The notes: generated by a model from the sequence alone, not told the origin. A stretch of DNA of 62,677 nt, filler included, from Choristocarpus tenellus KU-1152 (GCA_964200185.2; 10 parts of 10 records of this genome joined end to end with filler, not necessarily neighbours in it), one strand, 5' to 3'. Counted from the first letter of the whole stretch, positions 37,646 through 51,292 are shown. Numbers and translations: made by a program.

Positions 37646-37798
37646 CACTTTAAATCAAAGCATTTTTCACAGGCTGGCCAATGACAATCCGGATTTCCCG
37701 TTTTTGGGCATCTTGGAAGTCGATAGTTGGCGGCGTGGTATGATGCTTTGAATTTAGCTCGAACGGTACAAGCAATTCGACATTATATTGTCAACATT

Positions 37799-38022
37799 GA
37801 GTCAAAATATCTTAGAGGGTAGAGCCGCGTCCATATGGGCATCAAAATCCAATGTTGAGATTTTGATGTAATTTTGGCTATTGTTCATAGTGTCAATATC
37901 CTTGTTCCGGATACACCTTTTCATAACGTATACGTTTTCCCTACTCTGAAATGTTTCGGAGTAAGAAAATATCATTAAAAAAACCTTGGGAAGCCAAGCC
38001 CCAAATGGACAAACTGGGTAAA
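37799..38022 (+). mobile_element. MITE family A copy 3, right TIR missing
   Basis: Starts GAGTCAAAATATCTTAGAGGGTAG and follows copy 1 up to ccccaaatggacaaactgggtaaa, then homology stops. Confidence 0.88.
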
Positions 38023-38254
38023 GCAAAAATACTTTTACTATATTTTTTTCATTGATAGTCACACCATGCTGCCATCTTAACCAAAACCTTGTTGAAAACG
38101 CTGAGAATTTTAAAATGTAATTTTCACATCCTTACCTTCTCTCTCTGTCGCAATCCATCCGTCTGGCTTCTTTTTTTGGGGGGGCTGATGCAAGCAAACT
38201 TGAGTAATACAACTAAACTAACAAAATGCCCCCCTCCCCTGTAACCGTAAGCAG

Positions 38255-41200
38255 ACTTGCTATGGTGGGCTCTCACTCCCAGCGACTGAGAAGATAGGTT
38301 GTGACTATGTGGCTGTCTTTTCTTTCTATGGCATTGCCATCATAGCCTTGTCAATGATTGGAGGGATACTTGGCATCCTTGCAGCTGTTGGTGTGGTTCT
38401 GAAACGGCGCACGCCTGTGATAAGGCTGGCACAGCCATCGTTTTCGATGGTTTTTGCAGTGGGTGTTGCAGGGTTGTGCATCAGCAATCTTACTCTACTT
38501 GGGGAGGTGACTGCCAAGTCGTGTCTTGCCAGGGTTTGGTTCTTCGGCCTGGGTAAGATGTTAAGTTGTTACCCACCTCTCCTCAAGAGGTTTGATTGAA
38601 TGGAGTGGATAGAAAAATTCAGTTTTGTCTCTTGGGCTGTTTCTTTGTAGTTTTCGTGTTCTGTTTGTTCAAAGGATGAGTAATTTGAAGAGGAATCAAG
38701 TGCGTATTTTGCGCCTTAATAAAGAATGTAGCTGAGGCGAGGTTGGCAAAGCCAGATGATCTCCTTGTGGTGTTTACAGAATATAGTACTTCACTGTGTT
38801 GCTTGGATTTCCCTCTTATGCAGGAAATATAGGTGTAGGAACAGGGAATTTAAACACGATTTAGCCCCAGTACTAATGGGGAATCTTTCCGAGTGATCAT
38901 AGGTTTTATGAAACAGAGGCTTCTCATCGGTCAATCCTGTGTTGTTGACAAAAGTTCTAGCAAGACTACTCTGGGGCTTGAGATAGGGTTTCGGTTTAGT
39001 CAGTGATACTATACGACTAGACATACATCATTGATAACATTTGTGGATTCTCTTATTTGAGTGAAAGTATCTTAGAGGGTACGAGTTTTGCCCTGTATAT
39101 TCGTTTGAGGCTTGGGTTCCCACGGGTTTTTTATGACATTTTCCTACTCTGAAATGGTTCAGAGGAGGTAAAGTGTGTAAGTTATGAAAATGTGTGTTTG
39201 GAAAAGGGATATTGACACTTCCTAACAAACACCATAGCTAATTACATCAAAATCGCAACATTGGATTTTAGTTACGAAATGGACACGGCTCTACCCTCTA
39301 AGGTACTTTGACTTATTTGTTAGTATTAAGCATGATAGTCTGTCTCATACTGCCCTGTGTACTACTGGTGTAGTAGGTGTCAGAAATCGAGAATTTTCCT
39401 GGAATAGTCTTCGACCTGACCGTAAAAACTCCTATAATTAGCACTGAACCCTAGATCTAATGGGTTTAAGGAGGCTGGGAATGCTCTTCATGAGGAAGTT
39501 TTCTGTTCAAATTTATCTAGTGTAGTAACCAGTTGGATAAATCAGAGTCATTGCCAAGTTCAAACAAAAGAGACTCCGTGGTGTATGCCATGGCACCGAG
39601 ATTGTCCTTGGTTCTACAGTGTTTTGTACAGCTTTCTTTCTCAAATCTCACCCATAATTGATATGCTTATACACTCAAGCGCAACTATTACTAGCATGGT
39701 TTTTGTTCTCAATAAATTTCGGCCTGGTTCTGTCTCCTGCCCTACCAAACCTTTGCTCAGCTTTTGATCTAGCATTTGGAGCGTTGTTTGCCAAGGTTTG
39801 GCGGGTCTGGCGCATCATGGAAAACACTCGTCAATTTAAGGTGGGCTTTGTGACGCACTTTATCTACATATCGGTGTTGCCTGTATTGCTGTGTAGGGGC
39901 TCCGAGGACATGAGAAGCACATTTGCTCCTGATATTCAAGTTAGAACATATGAAGTGATGGCTAACTAACCTTTATTTTGTTGCTAGTATGCCTGTGTCT
40001 TTCTCGTACCCTCCCTTATTCTCGGAAGTCATTTTTTGTTGTACCATCACCAGGTATGCACACAATCCTACCAAACCACGATTTTTGAGGACAATTTTAT
40101 CGATAGTGGGCAGAGTGATCTGATGATATATGCAATGCTAGTGCTGTAAAGACAGTTCCATCTACACAATCACCAGTTTGTCGTGTGATCACACTGTGCA
40201 AACCACAATCCTTTTTTTTTTAACTCTCAACTGGCACCTCTTATCAATATATTTGCGCCCTCCCCAGGATGTGCTTCCACTGACCTTTTGTCCCTACTTG
40301 ACTGTCGATGCTGTTGGAGCAGAACTATCACCTCACCGTAAAACATACCCTCTCAATGGTGGCCATGATGCTGGTGTTGGATGGCATCATCATGTCGCTG
40401 TGGCACACCTTTGATCCGTATCAACCTGTATCCACCTACATTGGTGTTGGTCCATATGAAGATGGTACAGACAGGCACCGGGTGGAATTCAGAAAATGCG
40501 GCTCTAACACCTTAGGATGGCAACTTAGCTTCCTTCTCTTCAAGGTGTACTATTTTTGAAAAAGGAAAAAGGAAATGAAAATGAACACCTGTGCTGCATG
40601 ATGACAACATGATGTGCCTTCTCCCTGATGCAATGTTCACATAGACTTGGAATAAAAGGCGCAAACCATAGGAAGAATCAAAGCAATGGAGACCTATATT
40701 TGGTTCATCACTTGATTTTTCCGTTATTTTGATACACACTGTTTGTGCCACTACTCTGGAGTCAGGTAAACGTTGGTTGCTCGGTTCACCCTCCCAAAAG
40801 ACTCCTTACTCTCGTTTCTATGATAAACATATCTCACTTCAATGTATGCACTGTTTATTGTTTAGGTGATCTTAATTGCATGGGGGTGCTACCTTGCCTT
40901 CATCACAAGGAATATTAACTCCAACCTAGGTACGTTGTCTGGAGTTTTTATCCTTTTGCTCTATTGTGAACGTCTTTTTGAGCGCCCTAGATCTGAACCA
41001 TTGCGAAACCACTCCTTGTGGGAGTCTTTAGCTGTATTGCACTCACATTGTGCAGAAGAGAGGCGTCAAGTGTTTTCTTACGCATTTTGAACCTCAGCCT
41101 TTTTGAAGCAAAATCTGAAAAAACGCTGCAAGAGTTGTATAAACTTCTAAACAAAATGTTGAATTGTTGCCATTGTATTCTGACACGTTGCTGTGTGCAG

Positions 41201-43325
41201 CCTGATTAGCGCAAAGATAATATTTGATGGGAAGTGTTCTATGTTTGTGAAGGGGCTTATCTCATGGAAGTAGCTCAAGGTGAATATACACCTCGGTGTA
41301 CTAGGGTTAAGTATGTTGAAGAACAGGATTTTTATGTGATATTTCGTGCACAACAAGGAGTCCTAGAAATCAACAACCAATGAGCAAGGGATCATCTAGT
41401 CAAAACTTCAACGTTTCAGGTGCCCTGAGTGCAGCCTACGAAGATACCCCCCTCAGGGTTAGACCTTCTCTCCCACCCACATAGCTTTTGCTAAATGCAC
41501 CTAACATTGCCTTGCTGATCCTCCCATCACCCCTCTATGTGCAGCTGAAGGAAGGCACATCATGTTCTCTATGTACGTTTTGGCACTGCTCGGTATTGTC
41601 CTCGGGGTGGTCAACTCAGCTAATGTTTCGATTGAGTACTCAGCTCTCTTGTATACCCTGGGTTTTGTTGTCAGTGCAATGACTGCACTTGGGCTTGTTC
41701 TCGCCCCAAGGCTATGGGCAGCTTTCAACGGGTGAGTGGCAAAGTGATTGTGATGGGCCAGGATTTGATGTTGATTTCTTGTGATGGGTTGAGCATCTGC
41801 TGTTGTAACCAAAAACGATGAGGTGTACTACGGAGTCCTTACATTTATGACCACTGTCCTCGGGACTCCATTTGTTTCTCACAATGCTCAAATTGTGATG
41901 ACAACACAGCTACCAGTGATATAAACACAATTGTGGTCTTCACGTTTGATCCAGTTAAATTGCCCCAAGTACTTCATGGTAAATGAGATTCCCCTTAAAT
42001 GAGCTCCCTGTTGAAGCAATAGGCCTTTGGTGGGGACGTGTTTGGATGTTTTGGGATTATAATGGTCGTATCACCAATCAAACATTCAGCATGTCACAGT
42101 TTGTGGACTGCATGCATACCGATCTCTGTAACCCCACATAAACACTCCTCACCTTGTCTGTGCCAGGGGAGAGGTGGACATGACACAGGTTGTACAAGTT
42201 TCTGGAGTGTCATACATGCAACGGACATCTCCCAGTCTTCATAATCATCATCTACCAAGTGCCACAAGTATTTCATGCACCACTTGCACCACTACCATAA
42301 ATCAAGGAGCCTGTTTTGCCTCAAGTGGAATCCATCCTTTAGATAGTGGAAGTGAGGTAAGCTGGTAGACACGTGACTATGGAGATAAGGACCGTACTAG
42401 GTTTCAGGGAAGGGTGGAATTGAAAATCAAAGCTTTGCCATTTAAGTCTCAAAAATAGTTTTGATGTATTTTTCTTATCATGTCAAAACTTCCTGTCTGA
42501 CACAGCTCGAATGGACTATTGATTGCACAGAATGCAGCCAATTACCCCCGTTGGCACCTATCACACCCTGATTTCTCCCCATTGGCTGACCACACCCCCT
42601 TTCCAGTTACACTCAAGATCTCTGACTCCCACTTACCTGCACACCTTTTCACAATCCAGGTGAATTCTATCACCAGCTACCATAACGCCCACAAAGTGAC
42701 CCATGATCAAAGTGGTCCTTCAAACGCAGAATCATGGACTACCGTCAATTCCTCCTTCCAGAACAAGGAAATCGCCCCTAAATCTCCATTATCATCCTCC
42801 GACTCTGATTCTTACATCAGTTACAACACCAAAATTCTGGGTGGCTTCCCATCCTCTTCATTACCCCTAACAAATAAAGATCATGAGAAGAGAGTGAAGT
42901 CTGCAGATTCAGCTGGATGTGACTCAAAAGAGCAGAATGAGGTGCCAGAGGTGGTGTATGAGGTGCCAGTGGGGAAGAAAGTTTTGGAAGTTGAGGACAA
43001 ACAGATAGATGACAAACAGCGCCATCATTTAAGTCCTAGCGAGGGTGTCCCATATGAAACAGTGTCTTTGGTGGCAGTACCTGTTGAGACAGGAGCATTG
43101 ACAGCAGCACTGACAGCGGCGTTGCAGACTCAAATCACAGAGTTACCGCAGACTGCACTACCAGGAGGGCAGAGAACCGTCCCATTTACACCCTCCATAG
43201 ATAACCGGTCTACTAACCTCTTCCAGTACCAGGGAAAACCCACTGCAAGACAGCAGTCAAGGGGTGGATTCCGCAGGTGTCAGTCGCTACCTCTCCCTCC
43301 AAACCCCTCTGACCCTCCCCCATAA
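38255..43325 (+). CDS. Class C (GABA-B/mGluR-like, 7tm_3) G-protein-coupled receptor; N-terminal exons not in contig
   Basis: Seven phase-consistent exons 38255-38552, 39761-39840, 40323-40544, 40866-40929, 41545-41731, 42167-42356, 42660-43325. Motifs: RRTPVIRLAQPSF after TM1, CLARVW...FGALFAKVWRVWRI (TM3), W..FDP, GCYLAFITRNI...AEGRHIMFSMY, LAPRL (TM7), and a long disordered tail. Confidence 0.9.
39059..39314 (-). mobile_element. MITE family A copy 4, intronic, TSD ATTT
   Basis: attt|GAGTGAAAGTATCTTAGAGGGTA...TACCCTCTAAGGTACTTTGACTT|attt. Confidence 0.93.
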
Positions 43326-45943
43326 CCTGAAATTAAGCTCTGACCCCTCTTGATGTGCTTAAGGCAAAGGGGGAACCAGGGGTAGCTTTGGGATGGTCAG
43401 GTCCCTATAGCTCCACTAAAGTTCCCTTCTCATTTTCTCAAGTAAGTGAAGAGCATGTAGTATAAGCTAAGGCAACTTCTCTGCCGTTTTCTAGCCGTGT
43501 TGCTTGCTGGTATAATTTGAATAAGCTTAAGGATGATTAATAAATGGAAGATGCCTTTTAGGATGTTCCTTTAGCGTTGTCATATTTTAAACAGAGGACA
43601 AGGAAAGCCAAGTCCCAGTAATTCCCAGTGAGTCCAAGCAATTTGCCAGTCACTGGTGCAAATTTTGGCATTCGCATCTGTAGTGCTCTGCTATTGTAAT
43701 TGGTGTTGGTACTAGTATTGGTCGTTGCTCCTTAGGATGCTGTTGCCACGAGGGAAAAATTAGGATTACAAAGAAGCAATGGGCATTAGCTATCTGGCAT
43801 TATGTAGATAGTTCTACGCTGAATGACAGGAGTTTTTTTTAGTCAAACGTCAGATTGGTGAATGAATGTGAGTATATTTAATATGACCAAAAGAGGGGGA
43901 GGATATGTTCACCGATCATGTCAAATATGTATATCCCCGATATGCAATCTTTTGGTACTAAAATGTGTGTGTAGCTGTGGTAATAATTTTTTTGCCCAGC
44001 CTTGTTAATTTAGTGAAGGTGAAGCGTTCAGCGCGAAAACCTGAGGGTAATTGTGTTTGCTTTTTCTGGAAGATAATTCTTGTACCTTCTAAAAGTATTA
44101 AGGAGCACGTGTGTGTACATGTGTACAACTTGATACAGCTCCCAGCTAAGGTATGACACATGCAACACTACTGATGATGATAATCAGTTTGAGTCAATAA
44201 AAATACCTGTTGAAGTCTACAATCTATTCAGTTGTAAACTGACTTCTTCTCTTCTTTCCCCCCACTAACTTGATGTGAGAAAATAAATTGTTGTCAAGGG
44301 GCGAGCCTTGAAGAAATACATTGTTAGTGATTGTGGACAATAGGAAACTGAAAGTAAACATAAGTGCTTTTGCTCAAGTCCACAACATTTATTTATCACG
44401 TTATTTAATTATTAAATTTCTCTGCAATATTAGTATCGGTCACATTGTGTTGAATGTAAACTCCTACTACTACTCTACTGTTGAACCTTGAAGTAAGCCA
44501 ATCACTAAGGGCGACCCATACTATCGTAGAAGCGGGGGGGTTTAGCCCAGATAGCCCATTGGAGACTTGATGGAGTGTTGCAAGAACACCCCAGTTTGAT
44601 ACCCGTTTTACAGGTGATTTTCCTTTGCATTTGGTCCAGGCAGGGGAATGGAAAAGAAAGGCGTGTCAAGATGAAGTAAATTACCCTTTCACCTGACACG
44701 TTCACTCAAATGACAAAAAAAAATTACTACAGAGTCACAGAGTCCGAAATGGACGCTTGACTTCCCTCTATGATGCTATTTGTCGATACACCATTACACT
44801 AACTACTCTTCCTTGTATCTTTTTTGCTTGGAATATATAAGAATACACCGTATCAGGTAGATAAGTGAACTGCACTGGGAAGCGGTGAATGGGTTATGGT
44901 TGTATGTACGGTGTACTGAGTACTCCATAGTATACAATATGCAGACCTATTAAATCGCACATGCCTCTTATATTTTTCTAGGTAGGTGCAAAAGTATAGA
45001 GACCCAAAAATTAAAATTGATGTCCTTGGGAAGAACTACTGACTATTTAGAAATAAAGAGGGGATAAAATTCAAAAAGAAAATCACAGTAGTGGAGAACC
45101 TGGTCCTTTTCGCATGATTAGGAGCTACTCAATATATATTTTTTCGGTTGTATCCGTGCTGACCAGTTCTTTTTTCGGACGAGTCTGAGTGATGTGCAGT
45201 GGTCCCTTCCCACGAGGCCGGGGTTCAACCACCCAGGTGTTGACAAAACACACTGTGAAACCTTTCACAACACTATGGAAGGTACTCAACCGAAACCACA
45301 GATTCTGTTCATCAGCAGAGAGTCGAGAGGAAGCTAGCAAGCGATGAGCACGTGATGCTAGCCTACTTGTCTCTTCTCCTTGAGGGATAACTGAAGAAAG
45401 CTTCTCCACAAGTCGCACCATATTGCTTGTGCATTTCTTTGTATTTATTGCTTTTGTGCATTTCCTTGTATGGTTCATGTGCATGACAATTAGTTTTAAA
45501 TGTGTGTTTCACGCACATTGCATTCCATTCGTTGAATGTTCAATGTTTTGCCTTGCATTTCTTTACATTCTCTTGGAAGTAGATAATATTTTTTGCATAC
45601 CTTAAATTTGTTGCACATGTCGGAGAAATCATGATTTACTCATTTATGCTTCACAAATCAGTAGTAAAAAATATATGTACAAATGTTTGTGAAGGTTGAC
45701 GGAGTGGTGAAGATACAAAATTAATTTCTGTCCAGGAATCTTGGAGAAATGATGTAGAGTGTACAGCTCAAGGTTGAGCAATGATGTACAAATCGGTTGT
45801 TGATATGACCTTGTTGGTTACCAAGTACAGATGTTTTATACGTATAACTCACCATTTTATCCGCGCATGTATTTATGATTAGGTGGATGAATTGTCCCAT
45901 CTCTGACCTACCCCTACTCCATTTTGATATAAAACCCTTAGTA

Positions 45944-46244
45944 TGAATTGTGTCATTCTGTGGCGGCGTGGTTCACTCAGGTAAGGGTGGTGAAGAGAAT
46001 CACCAGATAAGACGGACCAGACGGACCAAGACGAATCGTAACCGAGAGGACGAGGTTAAGGTTGGACAAGTGCACGACTGCAAGGACTTGTAGGAGAACT
46101 GTGGAGTGGTGAGAATCTTACGAGAGGGGGATCATCACAAACGTCAAGACGGGAAAACAAAGAGGACCTTTGATGTGTGACATCTCTGGTTGAAGAGATA
46201 TCCACTACTTATCAGACTGATCTCTTGAAAGATTCCACACCTCA
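45944..46244. repeat. Old dispersed repeat, homologous to 30362-30630
   Basis: Same collinear anchors as listed for 30362-30630. Confidence 0.7.
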
Positions 46245-47710
46245 TTATTCGTAAGACCTTTTCCTGGAATCGGAGATTCCTGGCAAGGAAACCTCAATCG
46301 GTATAACGGTATATGGCATACGGTAATAACGGGATAACAACATATAAACCTGCTTTCCACATCGCCCCATCTTTCTGATCGGCCTTGAAGCCATGTAAAC
46401 ATGATTCGAGGTCAACCAAAAAGTGACCCTTGGGAGCGAAATAGGAAACATGTGCGACTATTAGTATAGTATTGCGCCATTATACTCCACGACTCCATCA
46501 ATACAAAATTGAGTGTAATATATAAACGAGGCATTAATGAATATCTGATCAGGATAGCATTAGCCTAAGGTTGATGGTATGTGATCAGCATACCAATCAA
46601 GCTTACGAGGTATGAGAGTATAGGATCAGCATATCAATCAGCCTAAATTCGAGGCGAGATGTAAATGTGGTCAGCACATAGGTCTCAATTACCTTGTATA
46701 AAACAGAGATACTCAAAGTGGGGATACGAGGAGCAAACACTATACGATGTCAGTAAACGGTTTGACTAGTGTTCGAGATCCGACATTGCTGTCCGGGTGT
46801 TATACGATTGTTTTGGTCACCAATATCAACACAGCAGATGACAAGATAAAATGTGTCCACCCATTCTCCTTCCTCAAATTCTGACATCGATTGGAATATT
46901 GCTCACGATGACTACAATATTCCAAGTGGACAACTCAGACGTACGATGTTGGTGGCTCAACTCTCCAAATAGATATGAGGTCACTGTACGGGCATTAGTT
47001 ACATCATGTCTGGGGGATCATGCCACTCGAAAGATAAAATAAATAACATGTATGACTCACATGAAACCTCCATCTCTTACCTAGTGGTAGACTTGAATCT
47101 TTGTTTTTAATGGAGTTAGTAATTTTTGATGATCAATAAATCTATTTAATGAAAACGCTACATGATGTAATAAAAGTCACCTCTAGCATACAGATGCAAA
47201 TGTGCCCAGCGATACGGTCTCTTTACCACTACATGTGTCCACTCATGCAAATGAGGAGAATTGAGAGATGAAATTGATTGTATTATAAATTTATCCAAAT
47301 CCACCAACATACATGTGTAGTCTATTTGCAAGGGTTGATAAACCTGGTAAACACGAGATGTCAAGTCAGAGCTGGTCGTGAACAGGTTAACTGACATCTG
47401 TTACCAGTTATCTTATCCCTTCACAACAGATAGACTATACCCATCTATGAGTATGCACATCTGAACTATGTAAAGGATTACGGTATGTGTGTATCACGAG
47501 ATCCCGACAACATACACAAGTCATGAAAAAACATACAATTTACAACAAATATTTTTGGGAAGAATCTGTATTGTACATATATACAATAATCTCTTTACTG
47601 TGAAACGGTAGGTTACAGCATTACCGTAATGCATGAAATACAATCCAAATGAGATGAGTATGATAACAGCAAATACGAATTCTCAAGCCAACACTGTGTG
47701 GGACGAGAAT

Positions 47711-48192
47711 TTACTGGTTATCCAGTCCATTTACTGCACGATAGGCTGCAATAATTTCACGGCATTGCTGGATCTGCTCTGTTCTTCTGTGAATATCCCA
47801 AGACGGTCCATACCCACAAAGACGAAGGCGATAGATAGCATTAGTGAACGAATGACGACCAGGACCAGTTCTATGTGCAATAATGCGGTCAATAGTGTAT
47901 TGGCCAGTAACAGGGTTGAGAGATTTGATGATCTACATGCCCACAAATAAGTAATCCATCCAGTTCATTTAAATCTGGCGTGGGAGAGGTTGGACTTGAG
48001 GACTACGGCGTGCCAACTCAAATTCAAGCTGTAAATTATCTTGGTTGGCTTAGTAAACTCTTCAGTAGTGACATCTGAATCAGTATTAGACGAACCAAGG
48101 ATAATATCAACAGGCAAACGGGCTTGTCTTCCAAACAGAAGGAAAAACGGAGTTTCATGCAACTTTGCACTGAAAGCTGTGTTATGGGCTAA
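47711..48192 (-). mobile_element. Ty3/Gypsy remnant: integrase C-terminus plus chromodomain
   Basis: LAHNTAFSAKLHETPFFLLFGRQARLPVDIILG (Gypsy integrase end). In another frame at 47914-47711: GQYTIDRIIAHRTGPGRHSFTNAIYRLRLCGYGPSWDIHRRTEQIQQCREIIAAYR then stop (chromodomain-like). Confidence 0.85.
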
Positions 48193-48255
48193 CTATTTCA
48201 AAAGGCAGGAACCATGTCCATATATCCTCAGCCACAGAGATAACACAGAAACAAA

Positions 48256-48371
48256 GGACGCACGGAGGACAAGATCCCCGTGCAGCTCAACAAAAGACGC
48301 ACGGAGGACGAGATAGATCTCCGTGCAGCTCAACGGAGGACGCACGGAGGACGAGATCCCCGTGAAGCTCA
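48256..48371. repeat. Three tandem 39-43-bp units, each with an internal inverted repeat
   Basis: GACGCACGGAGGACRAGAT(AGAT)CYCCGTG(C/A)AGCTCA x3; GCACGGAG pairs with CTCCGTGC. Confidence 0.9.
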
Positions 48372-51198
48372 TCACAAGACCCGATATAAGCTCCAGGAAG
48401 CTGAAACGGGCTATACTCTCATCATCGTCATACCAACAAAGTGGACCTNNNNNNNNNNNNNNNNNNNNNNNNNNNNNNNNNNNNNNNNNNNNTTAATTAA
48501 TTAANNNNNNNNNNNNNNNNNNNNNNNNNNNNNNNNNNNNNNNNNNNNAAAAAAGAAATAAAAAAAAAAAAAGAAAAGGGAGAAAAAAAGAAAGAAAAAA
48601 AGTCTACACCAGGGTATACATTCGGACCCTGACCAGGAGAAGTGAACCTACATTATCCATCCGATGCATGAAACCAAATCACCAAGGAATTGCAACATGG
48701 AAAAGTGGCCTCCGAGTGGACAGCCCACACTCCCCCCCGAGATGCTTTGAGGATAATTTTGTTTTTTTCTAACCTTATCCTTGAGAACAGAGTATTCTGT
48801 TGTGCTAAGATATTGTGGCTTGCACTCTTGAGTCTGAATCTCACTGGTGCCACTAGTATGGACCATGAAACTCTGTCGACGCAGTTTGATCTGGATGGGT
48901 TAGAAATAAATTGCCAAGCGGGGAATGGTTATGTGTCAGGACGGAGACCGAGCGAAGCTGGGAATGATTATGTGTCAACACAATGGGTAGTGTCAAGGGG
49001 TAGTGGGAGTGGGGATATGTACTTGCAGAATCGCCTGGAGTGGAGTCTCTGAAGTGAGCAACTGACAAAATAACTGGCAAAAATGAGCCAGTCACAGATT
49101 ATACATCAGAACCTTCTCTGTCATACCATTTAGGCTGGCAAAAACCGTTTGTGTTGATAAACTCTGTCTCAGAACTTTGCTGGCACTGCTTGATACCTGA
49201 CACATGTACTGTGGCATACTTATTTCTCGTCAGTCCCCAGCAGCTCATTTCCAAGACCCCAATTTGAGCGGTCCTGCCAACCCATACCCTGCCGTGGTAC
49301 TACTAGTATCCACCCACAGTTACATCCAGTTGTGGTCCTGTCTCTATGTCTCCAATCGATTATCTCTTCACCGCCAAATAAGATGAAAACCACCGGAGAG
49401 TGTCATTCGAGTCATATTGATGTCATTGCTATCACTATTTCATCCTTATTCTAAACCATAAACTGAGTAGAAACGGACTCCCAGAGCTTGATGGTTTAAT
49501 GCCTTCCAATGGGTGAACATTTCCTGCGAGTTCCAGGTATATTGCACTGACTTTCAGTCTCTGAATATTCCCCTACCCCTAACCCTAACACAGGGACTGG
49601 GAGCAAAAAGAGGATGACTGGGGGTGCCCATTTTGGGAGAATGCTCGTACTGGTGAGCAGCAGTAGCTACAGTTAGAATGCTTGGATAGTGATCATGGGT
49701 ATGTTGCTAGTGGCGGGCTTTCCTTTGTGGGGATCAGAGGCTATGAGTATGTCCTACTTCCACAGTGCACTATAGTATTGAATAGCATACTATAGCATAG
49801 AATAGTATTGTTTAGTATACGCTGCTATACTGTGCTACTCTAAACTGTCCTATACTATGCTATTGCACAGCTAATGCAATAGAATGGCGACCAATAAAAG
49901 ACGTGTAACATTTGTCTTGGGGAATACAGTTTGTTCATCCTCCTCACTCAAATCAATCGGACTGTATGCTGAAGGTTCTTGCCATGGTGTCAATGTGCCA
50001 GGCTGTCACTATGTCCTGTGAGTACTTATAAGTATGTATATGTGAGTACTACACGCCAGAAGTACATGCTATTACTATTAGCAGAGTTTTGATGACAATG
50101 AAATATAAGTCGGGAGTCCCTCCCAAACAGCTTGCTCCATGTGCATTGGGTGCTGGAGCGTAAGCAAACGCATTCATAGCAGACTTCTTCATCTGCCTCT
50201 TTTCATGCTACCCACATTTGCATGCTGTTGTATATACTCTAAGCCAAAGTAAGTGAGGGGCACGCAGAGTTGCAGTTGCAAATTAAGGATGCTGACAAAT
50301 GCATGCAAAATTTGATATTTTTTACGAATGTGCATCAGTTACATTTTGAATTGTGTCGAAAAGCTTAATACACAGAGGAAACAAACACTCTCAAGTCAAA
50401 TTTGAAACTTCATCCATTGAAATTAAAAAAAAATGGTGAATTGCAAAATATTGAAAAACATACTCAACCTGCAAAACGGCCAAATCGGGGTACCTCTCGT
50501 TTACTTTGGCTCTCTGGTCAACGTTCTGGGTACAGTGCACAGATACAAATTAATAGAAGAGGGGCGGGGAGGCTAGGGTTTGCACGGTACAGTGCTTCCA
50601 TAGTACACTTTCAATGATGTCTATCTCAGCCCTCACGTGTGATACTGCTCTGGTCTTCTCGTAGCTTAGTTCTGTAGAGCGTATCTATTTTAGTGTTTAT
50701 TATAGTGTTTATTTTAGTGTTTGAAATCAAATAATTCCATCGGCACTCTCGGTTGAAATAAAAGGACATGTACTGTGAACAATTCTGAGCCACTACAGGT
50801 ATTTGGAGTGGTTGCTGATGGCTTGATTGTCTCATGTCCTTCTGGGTGATCGACCATTGCAATAATTATTTGGCTCTGCAGTTGCTTCCTACAAACAACG
50901 AATAGCTGTGAATGGACAGTGGAACCTCAAGCAGTCAGGAAACAAATGGACTCAAGGGCCAGGAATTAGTCTATGTCCGGATTGACAGGATATGACTAAG
51001 CCCACATTGGGCTCCAGGAGGAGCCAAGAAGTGTTGTTGCTGGGGTGGGGTATATTATAAGTAAGAATTTTGTCGTGACTACGATTTTGATTTTGAAAAC
51101 TGTCTCAAAATTGTCTCAGACGGTCAGGGCAAAGGGGATTGGGGTGCTGTCTTGCATTCAAAAATATTCCCCTGAGTTAATTTTGCTAGCTTAGTGCT

Positions 51199-51292
51199 GA
51201 CCCAAAGTATCTGGGGGGGGGGGGGGGGGGCCCACCCCGGGGGGCCCTTTCCGCCAAAAATAAAAAAAAGGGATTTACATTTATCCCCCCCC
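51199..51292. mobile_element. Degenerate terminus of TIR family B at contig end
   Basis: GACCCAAAGTATCT followed by a long G run shortly before the linker. Confidence 0.55.

Noticed and set aside
48256-48371. CRISPR-like palindromic repeats
   Set aside because: Only three units, no spacers, no cas genes.
49755-49870. Fold-back of ATAG/CTAT pentamer repeats as a MITE or miRNA
   Set aside because: Low-complexity degenerate microsatellite; no TSD or defined termini.
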